Origin: Ascidiella aspersa | Lineage: Eukaryota | Length of the DNA stretch: 64,000 nt | Direction: 5' to 3' | Assembly: GCA_963924565.1 (NCBI GenBank) | Contig: OZ004615.1 | Location: 8,184,001 to 8,248,000 of the forward strand | Part shown: in pieces, positions 54,201 to 64,000 of the stretch | Layout: every line of letters begins with the position of its first letter | How positions within the stretch are numbered: the stretch's first letter is position 1 | Translations under genes and position numbers: made by a program | The notes under the pieces: generated by a model | Told to the model about the DNA's origin: nothing | What the model saw: only the letters and a program-made list of their open reading frames with translations | Databases searched by the model: none

Positions 54201-57200
54201 AAAAAGCATTCAGAGAGCAAAAAGAAAATGACTTGAAAGTAGTAAAACTACATTAATAAAGCAAACTTAATAATGTCAACGTCGTTTATGACGTAACTGT
54301 GCATGACAATTGAAGGTGGTGCATGCCTATTGCCTGTGAATGACTGTTGTGGTAGGCTACTGCTCATAAAAGCTACAAAACAAATTATTATTAAGAGTAC
54401 AATATTTATAAATTTTCTGGCTACGCCCATGACATCCACACAGTCACTATTTTTTTATCAATCTCTTTGAAAGTTGAGTGTTATTTTTTTTTCCAGTCGT
54501 CTGATGCAAAACTTTTAAATTTGCAACAGGTCTGCCTTTATATATGACTTCAACTTTAGAGCTTTACACTACAAGAAGTGAATGTACACGCACTATGCGG
54601 GAATTCAAGCTGGACAAAGAAAGGTTTCATAGCTTGGACGTCACAATTGAGGCATGCCTCAAATCATAGCCGGATTGTTCATCATGTTTTCCGAGAGAAT
54701 TCGCAAAAGAAAAAGGCACGCATAAAGCAGTGTATGGAAGTTTTGTGATCTGAAGAGAGGCACGGCTTGACGCTGCCTCACTTTGCGTATTTCAACGATT
54801 TTGACCGCGTGAACGCTTGATGCGAATAACGCAACAGAAATAGAAGAAAAAATAAAGCCGCTTTAGGTATAGAAACATAAAATTTGCGGTAAAGATATAA
54901 CTGATATATCTTTTGCTTTTTCAGATGTTGCCAGGAGAGGCAGTGCTTCACCTGCCTCCCCTGACTGCACGTCCCTGGTTATCTAGTAATAAAAACGCAG
55001 ACTAACTGTAACAGTACAATGCAGAATTTCTAATGCGTTTTCTAAATCTTGGTGATCTTAACTTTTACATTCACATACGTGTAAAGGATTTTTTTCAAAA
55101 TGGTAGTTCGTGTGAACACACAATAAAACTATATAAAGCAAAATCATGTGTGATGCCATCATACTATTAAGACGATTGACATAATAAAGACAAATATGCA
55201 GTAATATCTAAATAGGAATAAGATCAAGAATATGCGAAAAAAAACTAAATTATTCACACAGTCCTAAACCCGTCGGGTTAAGACCTAAATCGGCTAAATA
55301 ACACCAAAAACATTAGACAGAATATGCCGTTTTGGTGCCGACTTTTGGGCGCCTTAGTCCAGGGATGTCTAACATTTTATTATAGTGGGCCGCATTAAAA
55401 CTTGAAATAATTAAATGGGCAGCAGAACCTATTAAGTTTCAAGACGTATTGGCCTTTAAAGTTATTACTACTTGGGAGTGAAAAGGCCGCACAAAAATTT
55501 CAAGCGGGCCGCAATGTGGCCCGCAGGCCGCAGGTTGGACATCCCTGGTTTAAACCGTTGGAGCGCCGCTCTTTTGGCACAGGACCATGTTTGGTGTTAG
55601 TGGTGGGCAATGGATGGGTTTATACTTTAGGTTAGGGTTAAAACTATTAGGTGACTTAGTGATGGAGTTAGTTATTGGTGCAGTTTGGGCTCAGATAAAA
55701 CGTTTCTTTAGACCTCATTTAGGTCTTATTCGGATTTGCACTGTATTTCCACCATTATTGGTATTTGTTCGACTATTTTTTTATTTTTTTCCAATTTTGT
55801 TTTATCCCTACGTTGATGTGATTCTCATTTCTGATTTATCTCTAGGGCCCAAGTTGTTTTTTAATTAAAAGTTCTTCATATTGTAGTTTAATTTGTAGTT
55901 TTTACGAATTATAATTCCAATCCGATTTGCTAAAACAACGAATTACGAAATCCTGAAAAAAATTAACTTATTTCCGGTAATATCCAATTAGAATTCGCGA
56001 ACTTTCGTTTTTATTAGATTCCGGTATATGATTGGTGCTATGCAAAACAGCATGAAATCGATAGCCAGTTAAACTGTAAGGAACGCAAAACACTGACCAT
56101 TATTGTCGGCCTCTGATTGACCGATGTCGCCGCACAAACCCTCCAGCTTTCCAGACAGAATGTTGTTAGCTGCAACGAACACTGTGAAGTCCTTCTTGTC
56201 GATAACGACGTACAAGTCAGAGAGCGCAACGAAAATGGTCCATTTCTTCTCGGTCACTTGCATGCCGTACATGTTTATCGGTAGAGAAGCACTGAAAACA
56301 AAAAGTAGGACCTGGTTGGGTTTTTATTTGATTTTGTAGCTTTGGCATTTAATTGTTGTTTTTTTTTGCTTAAATAAAATCGGGATGATGTATTCTTGGT
56401 TATTTATTGCTATACAGACATCCGATTTTTTTTTTTTAAAACGGTGCCTTATCTGATGTCAAATCGCTTTATTGCTATTTTCAAACATGCAAAAAGTTAA
56501 TTTCTTTCAGGATATGGGGATAAAACTTGCTGGTGAAAAAACGTTTATAATTACCAATTTCTGATTTTTTGAGAAAAATTAACTTTTAAGTGGACAGGCC
56601 ACTTATATATTTTTGTTTCATACAGGCATCGCTACTAACCCGACATCTAGCAATTAACAATATTACAAATTAGCACATCGAGTACCCGTCCCATCCAATA
56701 TTAACGTCATCCTTATAAACAAAACACAAAAATTACAAACTATTGCTAGCGAAAACGTACGGTTTTCCGTTAATCTCGACCGCGTAGTTGTGCTTGATTG
56801 TAACGGTGATGTCGGAGGTGATTGTTATCTGCTCGAGACAAGAACCAGAGTCGACTGGGCATGTGTCGTGCCTTTTGATCAGCACCTGGAAAGTCAAAAA
56901 GCAATATTTTTGCGATCAGCGGATGTCACGGTGAAACTATTAAAACGTTTATAAGGCTGAAATGCGGTGGTAGCAGGCAAAGAGGAGTGGAAATGCCTTT
57001 ACTTACACATGAATACGGAAACACGTAAACTGTATAGCATTTGCTAATACCTATTAAATCTAGTGAATCGCAGGAAAATGTTTCGATTTGACAAAAGCCA
57101 TCTCGAAATTTTGTATGGGACTATAATACCATCGGAAAAGGATACTACGAGGCATGCAGATTCGGGGTAATCAGGGCGCTTTGAATATTTCAATCAACGT

Positions 57201-60200
57201 CGTACATTTGTCTGTTTTATCACGCCTGACTGCAGCCCAATGCATGGTTGAATGCTTGTGTCTGCGGTTAGCGCAAGTGTTGTCAAAGTTTTTACAGGCG
57301 TTCGCTTTTCATTGACCTGTATTGTATGGTGTACCCCAAGTAGTGAATGGAAAAAGCAAAACTAGTGTTTAGGATTGCCTGACAAAACTTTTGTTTATCT
57401 ACAATAAAAGTATAAACTTAATTTTAGCGCGTTAAGAAATTTACTAAAAAAAAACTGGCTTACACCATTAGCACGCTAGTGGATTGACTAAAAGTTATAA
57501 CAGTTACTGTATTTGCAACCAGTAACGCCACAAAGCAATGTAAAACTCATTTTTTTACAGAACAGGCATTGCCAATTACCAAAAATAATGTCAAAACAAA
57601 TTTTATTCAAGCAGTGGTTTTCAAACTGTGGACCTGGAGGGACGTTTTAGGGGGTTCGAGAAGCATATTTTAAATTCATTGATTGATAAAGTATAAAAGC
57701 TTTTTACTAGAAATGGTTCGTCTTTTAATTAGGTTTCACGCCTTGAAGTAAATTTTTTACAAATTTCTCTTTTTTACAAATTGAGTCTAGAATCAATTTG
57801 TATGAGCCCATACAGCGATTGTTTAACCTAGCCTAGCAATTCTGTATTGCACTGTTTTAAAATGACAAAACAACTGTTGCTTGTTTAGATTTTATGTATT
57901 GACGAGGTATGGACATTGCTGTTTAAAAGCATAACCTGTAGCCAAAATTGGGTGTTATTGTAAATACGTAAACAACAATACAGGTTGGTTTGTAGGGGCT
58001 TTACTCAATTCGATTTTGGAGCAACAGCCAAATATGACGTAAAGCTAAATCCAATCGCCTATTACATTAGGTAACGTGAGAAATTAACTGGTTGCTTTGC
58101 AGGGGCTCTGAACATCACTTTATATTAGCAAGTTGAAGATCATATCATATGGCAGATTTCTTACACAAGACCAAGAATAAAAAAAAATGTGTCCTAAATG
58201 TGCACGCGGTTGGCCTACGCTAAAATGTTTTAGCAACAATTGCTTACGGAAAATCGTTAGAGTGCTAGCAAAATGAACCTAATCGCGTTGACCTAAATTT
58301 TTCTCGCTTACCCCTGTGGGTACGCATACCCCGTTTGAGAAACTTTGAGTTGGTATTAACAACTTCCACTTTGTTTGGGTAACTTTTTTTTCTTCTTGAC
58401 ATGCTCACATTCTAGGAAAGTTATGCTATAAGAATTACTTAAACAATGTTTTGTGATGATGTTAGTGGCAAATGTCTACTTTTTGCGCTGTTTTTTGCTT
58501 TTGTTTTAGTTAAATCGGCGCTATGTACCTTTATTACGTATTTATTTGTTAAAATATTTGTGTCTTTTAAAGTATAACGACGCAATGCTTACAATTACTC
58601 ACCGTAATACTTCAGAAAGCCCTCTGAAATTAGTCGAAAAGGGTAAACTGCGGTTGAGATTTGATATCACAAACTTAACCTATATACGTGCAACTCAGTT
58701 ACACAAGCCCAGGTATTTGCAACCCACAAAAAAAATTTACACCTGCTGCAACTTTATTAAAGCACGGCTACGATACAATTACCTTGAACATTTAAACGTG
58801 CATTATTGTAAATGAAACAAATCCTTGCCTAGTAGACAACACAAACTTGTGATTTTATGACAGTGCTTCTCAACCAAAAATGTTGATTGGGTCACCGACT
58901 GCAGTTGTTCGCAAGGTTAGATTGTTTTGTCTCATTCTTTGCAGGATTTTTCCAAATTTGGCAAAATCGCCAAAGTGTAACGTGAACATGTCTCATTGAA
59001 TTTAGATTCGAACTTATTTATGCCATTCTTTACAACTTTTTTTTTCACTTTAAGCTTAAAGCAATGCCAATGAAGACAACTAAGTTTATGCTTAATGTTT
59101 GGGGCCCCTTGAAAATAGGTTGCAAAATACCGTTAAGTCGATGGTGACATGTGATGATTTTTTCTTTGTAATGGAGTACGTACAAACAAACAATTGTGCA
59201 AAAAGTGACATTCAAACAGACATACTTTGCGTGTATTTTACACTCACCTCGAAAGCTCCCCGCGCCAATTGGTCCGAGGTCTTAGTTAGAACGAACTGAC
59301 ATGAACGAAGAAATAGTCTGGGGCTTTGGGAAAACTTCTGGATTAGGCCTCTTGTGTACGTACAAGTCCCCATAGGAATGTTGTAATTCCCAGAAGCCAC
59401 CACGGGCGTAGTTTGGGGGTGGTAGCCAACTAAAACGTTATGACAATGAAAAGAACTTCAACACTTTCATTTTGCTAGCTTTTTTGTTTTTTTAAGAAAC
59501 ATTTTCTCAAGGAATGTTTGATGTTAACAATAAAGCATAGTGGATGTTTATAATGTAACAAGGGCGACATTACGAACACTTGTCCCCTCTCTAATTTACC
59601 AAGTTCGGTTTAGCAAGGGATAACTAGCAAGAATCTCACAACCCGTTTGACGATGTTAGCCAGTACCTTGCTAAAACGACACACAAGGGCGAGAATTGCG
59701 TCAGGAAAGGTCGCTTACACTTTTCAGGATGTTTTGTTGTTTTTGACTGTTAAAGTTATTATGATATTTTAAAGGTGAACAGCGTGTTTTTTTTAATTCT
59801 GAAAACATTTTAAGATGAATCACCCAGTGCATCGTTTACAGCACTAGCAGTTGGCATTGGAAAACTGTAGTCATTAGTGCTGGTGTTACCCGTAAGATCA
59901 TATCACAAAACTGTTAAACTGAATTGTCAACAGGCTGATTTAAAAATTCATCAGCAAGGTGGTGAAAAACAGTTTCCTCAAAAATGATGAAATTTAGGCA
60001 ATAGAAATAGAAGGAAACACTGGCATTTTAAAATTCGTGAAAAGTCGATGTGAATGCCGTCTGGAGATCATGCATGGTAACCATTGGCAAAATTATGTGG
60101 ATTAATTGTTAAAATAAAAGTTTGTTTATAACTAAGCAACCTATCATCTTACTCAAAAAAACAACATCACAACAAAAACATAGAGAATGGAATATTTGGT

Positions 60201-63200
60201 ATGCAAGAAATTTTTCTAAAGTTAAACCGAACTATTACAATGCCGGTTGTTCAAGCTTTACTGAAATTATCTTGGAATGAAGAGTATTGGAGTATTAATG
60301 TGAGAAATGATGCAAATTGGGCTGCATTCAACCTTTCTAAATGTACCTTATGTATTTATTTCTGACGTTTTGCATTTGCTAATAATTAAAATACTACTTT
60401 GTTTTAGCATAACTAAGTTTCCATCAACTAAACAACATTATTTTTGCGTTGTTTATATGTTTGGCAACCCTGATAATTTGACCTGTTAACAAATTGTTAT
60501 AATGTAGTAATTTTCAAATTTATTAACAATAGTTCGGATTTAAACTGAGAATTAGATGTTACTGATTGGTCTAAGTTGCTCGTTAGTCAGCTAGGAGAAT
60601 TGGTTAACGATAATTTGGTCCGTAACACCAAAATACAACGAGCTCGTGCGTAATTACCGAGCTACAGGTGTGTTCAAAATTCCGCCCAGGTAACTTTAAT
60701 ATCTTTCTATCTACACATTCATGGCTATCTCTATTTATCAACTTTTCAACAATCGAATGAGCTTTTCCAAACAGTACAAACTGTTAAAATTAATGAGTGA
60801 AAGCGAAAATTCGAAACTATTATGAACAAAAGCTTACCATAGGCGCATCTGTATTCCAGGTATCCATTCGCACAATTACAAGTGTCCACCCCTGAGCAGG
60901 TTCCTTCGTTGTAGCAAAAGTCTTTCTGGCAGTTGGCTGTGAAAGCGGTAAAAACGGTAAAGTGGGGATAAGTAACTTTGTTACTTAATTGTGACGTCAA
61001 GTACTGAAATTCTGAGTGGAAAGTTACATTTGGCAGGAAACGATTACTATTTAAAATTTGTTTGAAGCCAATCAAGATTAATGTACATTTAATTGTACTA
61101 TTTCTCTTGCCATTCGTTCGCAACGTGTTTTGATAGGACTTTATCAACAGTGTAAATCCATTTCCAAGTTCGCTACGGAAGTTAAACGAATTCCAATTCT
61201 TAGACTATTACACGTGACTTAACATGTTTGATTAAGTCAGATAAAATTGTGTTATACTCTTAGTGTTGATTTCTCTTTACAGAAGTGTACAAAACTATAG
61301 ATTAGCTTAATTCTTTACAAAGTAAATCTAGACTAGCAACGTAGGAATCTCTATTTCTTTCAGAATCTCTAAAAATATTTAGATTCGCAATTCATGCCGA
61401 CCTTGATATATAACCATTGGGCATGTTCCCCTTAACAATTATTTTGACCATGTATGCATACTACACTACGCACGAATATTACGTGATTTCCATAAAGTTA
61501 TAAAGCTGTTTCAGTGTAGCTCCAACCTGAACAACACGTTTTGCCAAAATATTACAGATAATTGCCAATATATTTAGTATGTGTATAAATCTATTTCGTT
61601 GGGCCAATGCTATGTCTCCTACCATATTAACGTTTTTAGTTTTCAATACAAATTTTAAGAACTTCCCTAGTTGTTTTTCAGGTATCGCTATTTCGTCATT
61701 CTTTAAATTTTTATTGGTACCCTAAACACTAATCCTGAATCCGCCACTGTTAGACTGCATCTTTTTTAATGAAATATTTTAAATTTAGTTAAGGCAAAAA
61801 AAACTATACGATATTCTTACACACAATAGATGTTTTTTGTCTTTTGGTTTGATGACACATTTTAATTCGTTATTGTGATTGGTAATAAAAAAATAATGTG
61901 GAAGAATCACTATATAGTGTTTCAAGAGATACCATCTTACAGTATAAAAGACAATTCAGTTTTTTAATTTTTATCCGTTATTATTATTGATGGATCGAGA
62001 CAAGTTCTCGACAAAAAAAAGTTAACCGCGAAATAAAAAAAAGTTTGTCGTGAATTGCATCACAATCGAGTTCGCACTCACGCTTGACTTTAAAATTGTA
62101 GTGTATCTCAAACCCTTCGTTGAGAGCAGTCGACACCATATTCAGGGTAAGAGTGTTGCTAGACGAATCGTAGGGGTAGTTCGGGAAGAAATTGTCCCCG
62201 CAGAAGCTCGATATTGGGTAGACAAGACCCAAGATCTCCAAATGATTTGCACTGCGTAGATTAACGAGAAAAAAAACAAAACGTATTAGAACTCGTGCCA
62301 GAAAGATAGTATAGTCATGTGTATAAGGGGTGGTTATCAATTTAACGACCGGTAGCCGTTCCGCTAAACTTCGATCTGACTAGAAGTGATTTAAATTAAG
62401 AAGCGGAACAAACTCAGTACGCTTTGGTTTTTAATAAAAGGGGCTTTGTTCACCCTTATCCATTTTGACAGCCGTGATATCCCCGGAAAGATGCTTTACA
62501 CAGCATACCCGCTTTTCTTTACAATAATACGGAGCGCAACCCAAATTTTTAAAACACCAGATCTCGCGATGACCTGGCCACGCGCCTCAAAAGATTAAAG
62601 CATTAGTTAAAGAATTTCAGAAAACTGTGGGCGGTAATATACCAAATATAATTTTCGGTGCGCTCTTCCTTTATAGCAAAGACACGCTTGTCAACAAATT
62701 GCATGAAAAAATCGAATCATAGATAACCAAAACACTGGAAATTAAAAAAAAAATTGTCTCCTACTTGCAATTGCCGTTAATTTCTTGCATCGAAAACTTT
62801 TTGGGTAAAAGCTCGATGTACTCCCCCTCTTTGGCTTGAATCACCCAGGTGCAGTTTACATTCGCAGGGGTACTACTGGTGGGGTATCCTGGCGACTCGA
62901 TGACGGCTTCTTGAGCAGAATAGATGCCGCCGCACTCTGCGTGAAAATCATTAGCAAAAATTTGTGTGTTAAAATGTTAAGTAAATATCTGCCAACTTAA
63001 CCGTTAACAACGCCAACACAGTAATAAACCCCCATTTCAATATTAAGATTAAATTACGATTTTGAATACTTAGCTGTCGTACGGCAGATGCGAAAAAAAG
63101 AAACCCCAAATTAGTCTGATTTTCGTATTAACACTGAATGTTTCATTTTATTTTTGATATGTCAACTTTTATTTGTCTAAAAAAAATTATGCGCTTGCGT

Positions 63201-64000
63201 GCCGTAGAGCAGTGCATTTCAACCTTTCTGGATCCACGAAACAGTTTATGCATTTAAAAAAAAATATTTTTTGAACACCCAACGAAAGTTTATATAATGC
63301 ATTTAAATAAGCAAAACGCCGAGAGTTTGTTACACATTTTTTATCAGTGCGATACACTACACTAAATTAAACAAACCGCGATGTATTATTTAAACTGACA
63401 ATAGTTTTCATAAAATTTAAGCCGGCGGCTATACAAAAAAATAATTTAATTTTTATTACAGCAAAATGGAAACCATAATAATCTGTCCAAACATATTTGT
63501 CTTGACGTTTTGTTGTTGTTAGTTTTAATTAATTCTAACTAGTTAAAACCAAACACGTATCCTTCAATATTGATAGGCTATTACATTTTACGCCAAACAT
63601 AGTTTAGTCTTTTTGGAAAAATCTTGAAGAGTGTAATAGTATTATCCAATATTCTTATTCCGTGAACGAAACCAATTTTGGGCTAAAATTTGACCGTTTA
63701 AATAAGCAGCAGAGTATTAATACTCGACAATCAAGTTCGCACTCATGCTTCACTTTCAAATTGTATAGTGTATCTCTTTTTTTATTTATTATTATTTTTG
63801 GGACCCTTTTGACCACTTAAGTGCAACAGCGTCCACGCCCAAGTGCGTTGCTTACCTCCGATTGGACACGTCGTCACCGTGCACGTTTCGGCCTCGAGTT
63901 TGTCGACCGAACCCTTCGGACACCCGGGAGATTCGCCGATTGAGGCGGATCTACAAATCCGCGAACGTAATCTCGTGCCGGTGCCGCAGGACTTGGAGCA
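1..64000 (-). CDS. Partial multi-exon gene (71 exons traced, ~5,270 aa in window): secreted gel-forming mucin / von Willebrand factor-like protein, TSP1-CUB-EGF-D1-D2-D'-D3-CysD-VWC-like-D4-(Cys-rich repeat)n
   Basis: Manual splicing of GT-AG bounded exons gives one continuous reading frame with matching phases. It contains VWD motifs (GLCG, TFD, FGNSW/Y), C8, TIL, CUB, EGF and TSP1 cysteine patterns. Both ends lie outside the window. Confidence 0.93.
835..3831 (-). CDS. Repeat unit 4: six Cys-rich exons, 708 aa
   Basis: Exons A 3211-3831, B 2324-2999, C 1936-2088, D 1586-1814, E 1155-1382, F 835-1051 (621/676/153/229/228/217 nt). All GT-AG with consistent phases. Confidence 0.92.
4432..7432 (-). 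CDS. Repeat unit 3: six Cys-rich exons, 708 aa
   Basis: Exons A 6812-7432, B 5923-6598, C 5535-5687, D 5185-5413, E 4753-4980, F 4432-4648. Confidence 0.92.
8033..11030 (-). CDS. Repeat unit 2: six Cys-rich exons, 708 aa
   Basis: Exons A 10410-11030, B 9523-10198, C 9136-9288, D 8786-9014, E 8354-8581, F 8033-8249. Confidence 0.92.
11631..14627 (-). CDS. Repeat unit 1: six Cys-rich exons, 708 aa (5' part of exon A divergent)
   Basis: Exons A' 14007-14627, B 13118-13793, C 12734-12886, D 12384-12612, E 11952-12179, F 11631-11847. Confidence 0.92.
14688..14779 (+). repeat. Inverted 92-bp copy of part of repeat exon D within an intron
   Basis: tgtcgtcaacgagacattttatgaagga...ggacggcattgaca is the reverse complement of ~12407-12498 (and of the matching region in each unit), with 4 mismatches. 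Confidence 0.93.
14960..15405. mobile_element. hAT-type MITE
   Basis: TIR CAGGGGTCGGCAACCT / AGGTTGCCGAACCCTA; 8-bp TSD ccctaaag/acctaaag. Confidence 0.8.
15568..15786 (-). CDS. Cys-rich linker exon between D4 and the repeat array
   Basis: CCSCSADPDCKPP...NCCPTKQCVC...NPCCKNYTC; phase 1/1; tttacag and gtaag sites. Confidence 0.88.
16127..21887 (-). CDS. D4 assembly (VWD with GDPH, C8, TIL), 7 exons
   Basis: Exons 21761-21887 ([27 protein letters not shown]), 21266-21389, 20899-21094 (TVGLCG), 19294-19423 (DDF...FGHSW), 18259-18427, 16717-16813 (YAELC...CVDWR), 16127-16315 (TIL). Confidence 0.9.
16893..17088. mobile_element. Foldback insertion (82-bp palindromic arms + 31-nt tail), Penelope-like remnant
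   Basis: Arms 16893-16974 and 16976-17057 with one mismatch. 12-bp direct repeat ggtcggatatat at 16881-16892 and 17089-17100. The Penelope-like assignment is an inference. Confidence 0.7.
20231..20305 (-). pseudogene. tRNA-like module (repeat-borne, probably not a functional tRNA)
   Basis: GCCTGCA acceptor stem, A box TAGCTCAGTTGGTAGAGC, B box GAGTTCGAACC. The anticodon loop CCGGCTT lacks U33 and purine 37. Confidence 0.75.
20496..20570 (+). pseudogene. tRNA-like module (inverted twin of 20231-20305)
   Basis: Same sequence with one acceptor-stem mismatch. Confidence 0.75.
22228..28404 (-). CDS. Cys-rich VWC-like spacer between CysD and D4, 7 exons
   Basis: Exons 28233-28404, 26420-26656, 25142-25335, 24239-24349, 23751-23870, 23223-23402, 22228-22414. 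Recurrent CC-P-x-Y-x-C-x-C and W-x-x-x-x-C motifs; phases consistent. Confidence 0.87.
24763..25097. mobile_element. hAT-type MITE
   Basis: TIR CAGGGGTTCT / AGAACCCCTG; perfect 8-bp TSD atttagaa. Confidence 0.88.
27218..28017. mobile_element. Degenerate hAT-type MITE
   Basis: Ends CCGGGGTAGGTAA / TTGCCCAGGTCTG with subterminal ccgcggg motifs; TSD gtctaacg/gtctaaca. Confidence 0.65.
28754..30969 (-). CDS. CysD (Mucin2_WxxW-like) domain, 2 exons
   Basis: Exons 30737-30969 (CKYNKWVNTHY...GGDFES...IKCRS...VTCDVITGLSCTN) and 28754-28945 (CDDYEVSLECC). This matches the mucin CysD pattern. Confidence 0.88.
31184..38453 (-). CDS. D'D3 assembly (TIL', E', VWD3, C8-3, TIL3), 8 exons
   Basis: Exons 38316-38453, 35934-36060, 35077-35329 (YITTFDMKRYDFRGTCKY), 33825-34037, 33205-33438 (TCGLCG...FGNSWK), 32573-32729 (CTCDTGGDCSCFC), 31921-32056 (QCVWKYKPC), 31184-31272. 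Confidence 0.92.
37775..38212. mobile_element. hAT-type MITE
   Basis: Perfect TIR CAGTGGTCGGCAAACT; perfect TSD gtttagct. Confidence 0.92.
41569..41940. mobile_element. hAT-type MITE
   Basis: TIR CAGCGGTTCTTAACC / GGTTGAGAAACCCTG; perfect TSD ggttaagc; subterminal ctcgtggccccc x3. Confidence 0.88.
41992..49378 (-). CDS. D2 assembly (VWD2, C8, TIL, E), 8 exons
   Basis: Exons 49204-49378 (SHYRTLDGTWYDF), 47906-48015, 46567-46686, 46168-46347 (ICGLAGTYN...DDF...FGNSY), 44361-44576 (C8), 43412-43540 (TIL), 42469-42583, 41992-42032. Confidence 0.9.
42087..42412. mobile_element. hAT-type MITE with internal (TA)n
   Basis: TIR CAGGGATGTCCAAC; TSD ttccaaga/ttctaaga; same family as 55360-55547. Confidence 0.9.
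42718..43262. repeat. Unclassified interspersed repeat, second copy inverted at ~55163-55852
   Basis: Both ends align by eye with the reverse complement of the 55 kb copy (gacataataaag.caaata.gc.gtaatatct; gttgatgt..ttct.attt). Shared cctaaacccgtcgg motif. Confidence 0.6.
49911..59429 (-). CDS. D1 assembly (divergent VWD1, C8, TIL, E), 9 exons
   Basis: Exons 59248-59429, 56761-56885, 56098-56291 (KLEGLCGD), 53228-53328, 52768-52845 (less certain), 51838-52060 (C8), 51124-51246 (TIL), 50385-50493, 49911-49957. Confidence 0.86.
50587..50643 (+). mobile_element. Poly(A) insertion flanked by target-site duplication
   Basis: aacattaaaacacc - A27 - (aa)cattaaaacacc. Confidence 0.55.
52090..52290 (-). 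mobile_element. Foldback insertion with hammerhead-like core and 34-nt tail, Penelope-like remnant
   Basis: Arms 52124-52182 and 52232-52290. Direct repeat aagagactaaaat at 52077-52089 and 52288-52300. Minus strand reads attaa CTGAAGA T GATAC aagctc GTATC GAAG CGTC ttaat. Confidence 0.72.
53410..53719. mobile_element. MITE with GGAGTC subterminal repeats (8-bp TSD, hAT-like)
   Basis: TIR CAGGGCCGTGGAGT / ACTCCGCAGCCCTG; TSD tctacaac/gctacaac. Confidence 0.8.
55360..55547. mobile_element. hAT-type MITE nested in an older repeat
   Basis: TIR CAGGGATGTC(T/C)AAC; inverted and internally deleted relative to 42087-42412; TSD not preserved. Confidence 0.82.
60838..60936 (-). CDS. EGF-like domain exon
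   Basis: CQKDFCYNEGTCSGVDTCNCANGYLEYRC; phase 1/1. Confidence 0.92.
62082..62936 (-). CDS. CUB domain, 2 exons
   Basis: 62765-62936 (CGGIYSAQEAVIESPGYP...NCTWVI) and 62082-62251 (FCG...SSSNTLTLNM...GFEIHY). Confidence 0.93.
63856..64000 (-). CDS. Thrombospondin type-1 repeat exon (5'-truncated by window)
   Basis: CSKSCGTGTRLRSRIC...GC...EAETCTVTTCP followed by a gtaag donor. Not in the ORF track. Confidence 0.92.

Noticed and set aside
57612-58345. Further hAT-like ends (also at ~49409, ~54940, ~63210)
   Set aside because: Only single or decayed termini without a matching TSD, so boundaries are unsupported.
1-64000. Gene symbol such as VWF, MUC2, SSPO or hemolectin
   Set aside because: No VWA, PTS, LDLa or FA58C domains seen; orthology needs a phylogeny.

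Overview
AT-rich animal (metazoan, probably invertebrate) genomic DNA. The whole window lies inside one large minus-strand gene that is open at both ends. I traced 71 GT-AG exons by hand with mutually consistent phases: about 15.8 kb of CDS, about 5,270 aa, with no start or stop codon in the window. Domain order N->C: TSP1, CUB, EGF, D1(VWD-C8-TIL-E), D2, TIL'-E', D3, CysD(WxxW-like), Cys-rich VWC-like spacer, D4 (GDPH), then >=4.1 near-identical 3.6-kb tandem units of six exons (708 aa, about 90 Cys and about 24 N-glycosylation sequons each). The product is a gel-forming mucin/von Willebrand factor-type polymer. It keeps the D3 intermolecular cysteines, has no PTS domain, and carries a giant Cys-rich repeat stalk instead. 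The array shows an alternating 7.2-kb higher-order structure and a hypervariable patch. A 92-bp antisense copy of a repeat exon sits in the intron just before it. The introns hold many hAT-type MITEs with 8-bp TSDs and three TSD-flanked foldback insertions with Penelope-like features: a hammerhead-like motif, a short 3' tail, and in one case a pair of tRNA-like modules. Most ORFs in the supplied track are exon read-throughs or antisense shadows.
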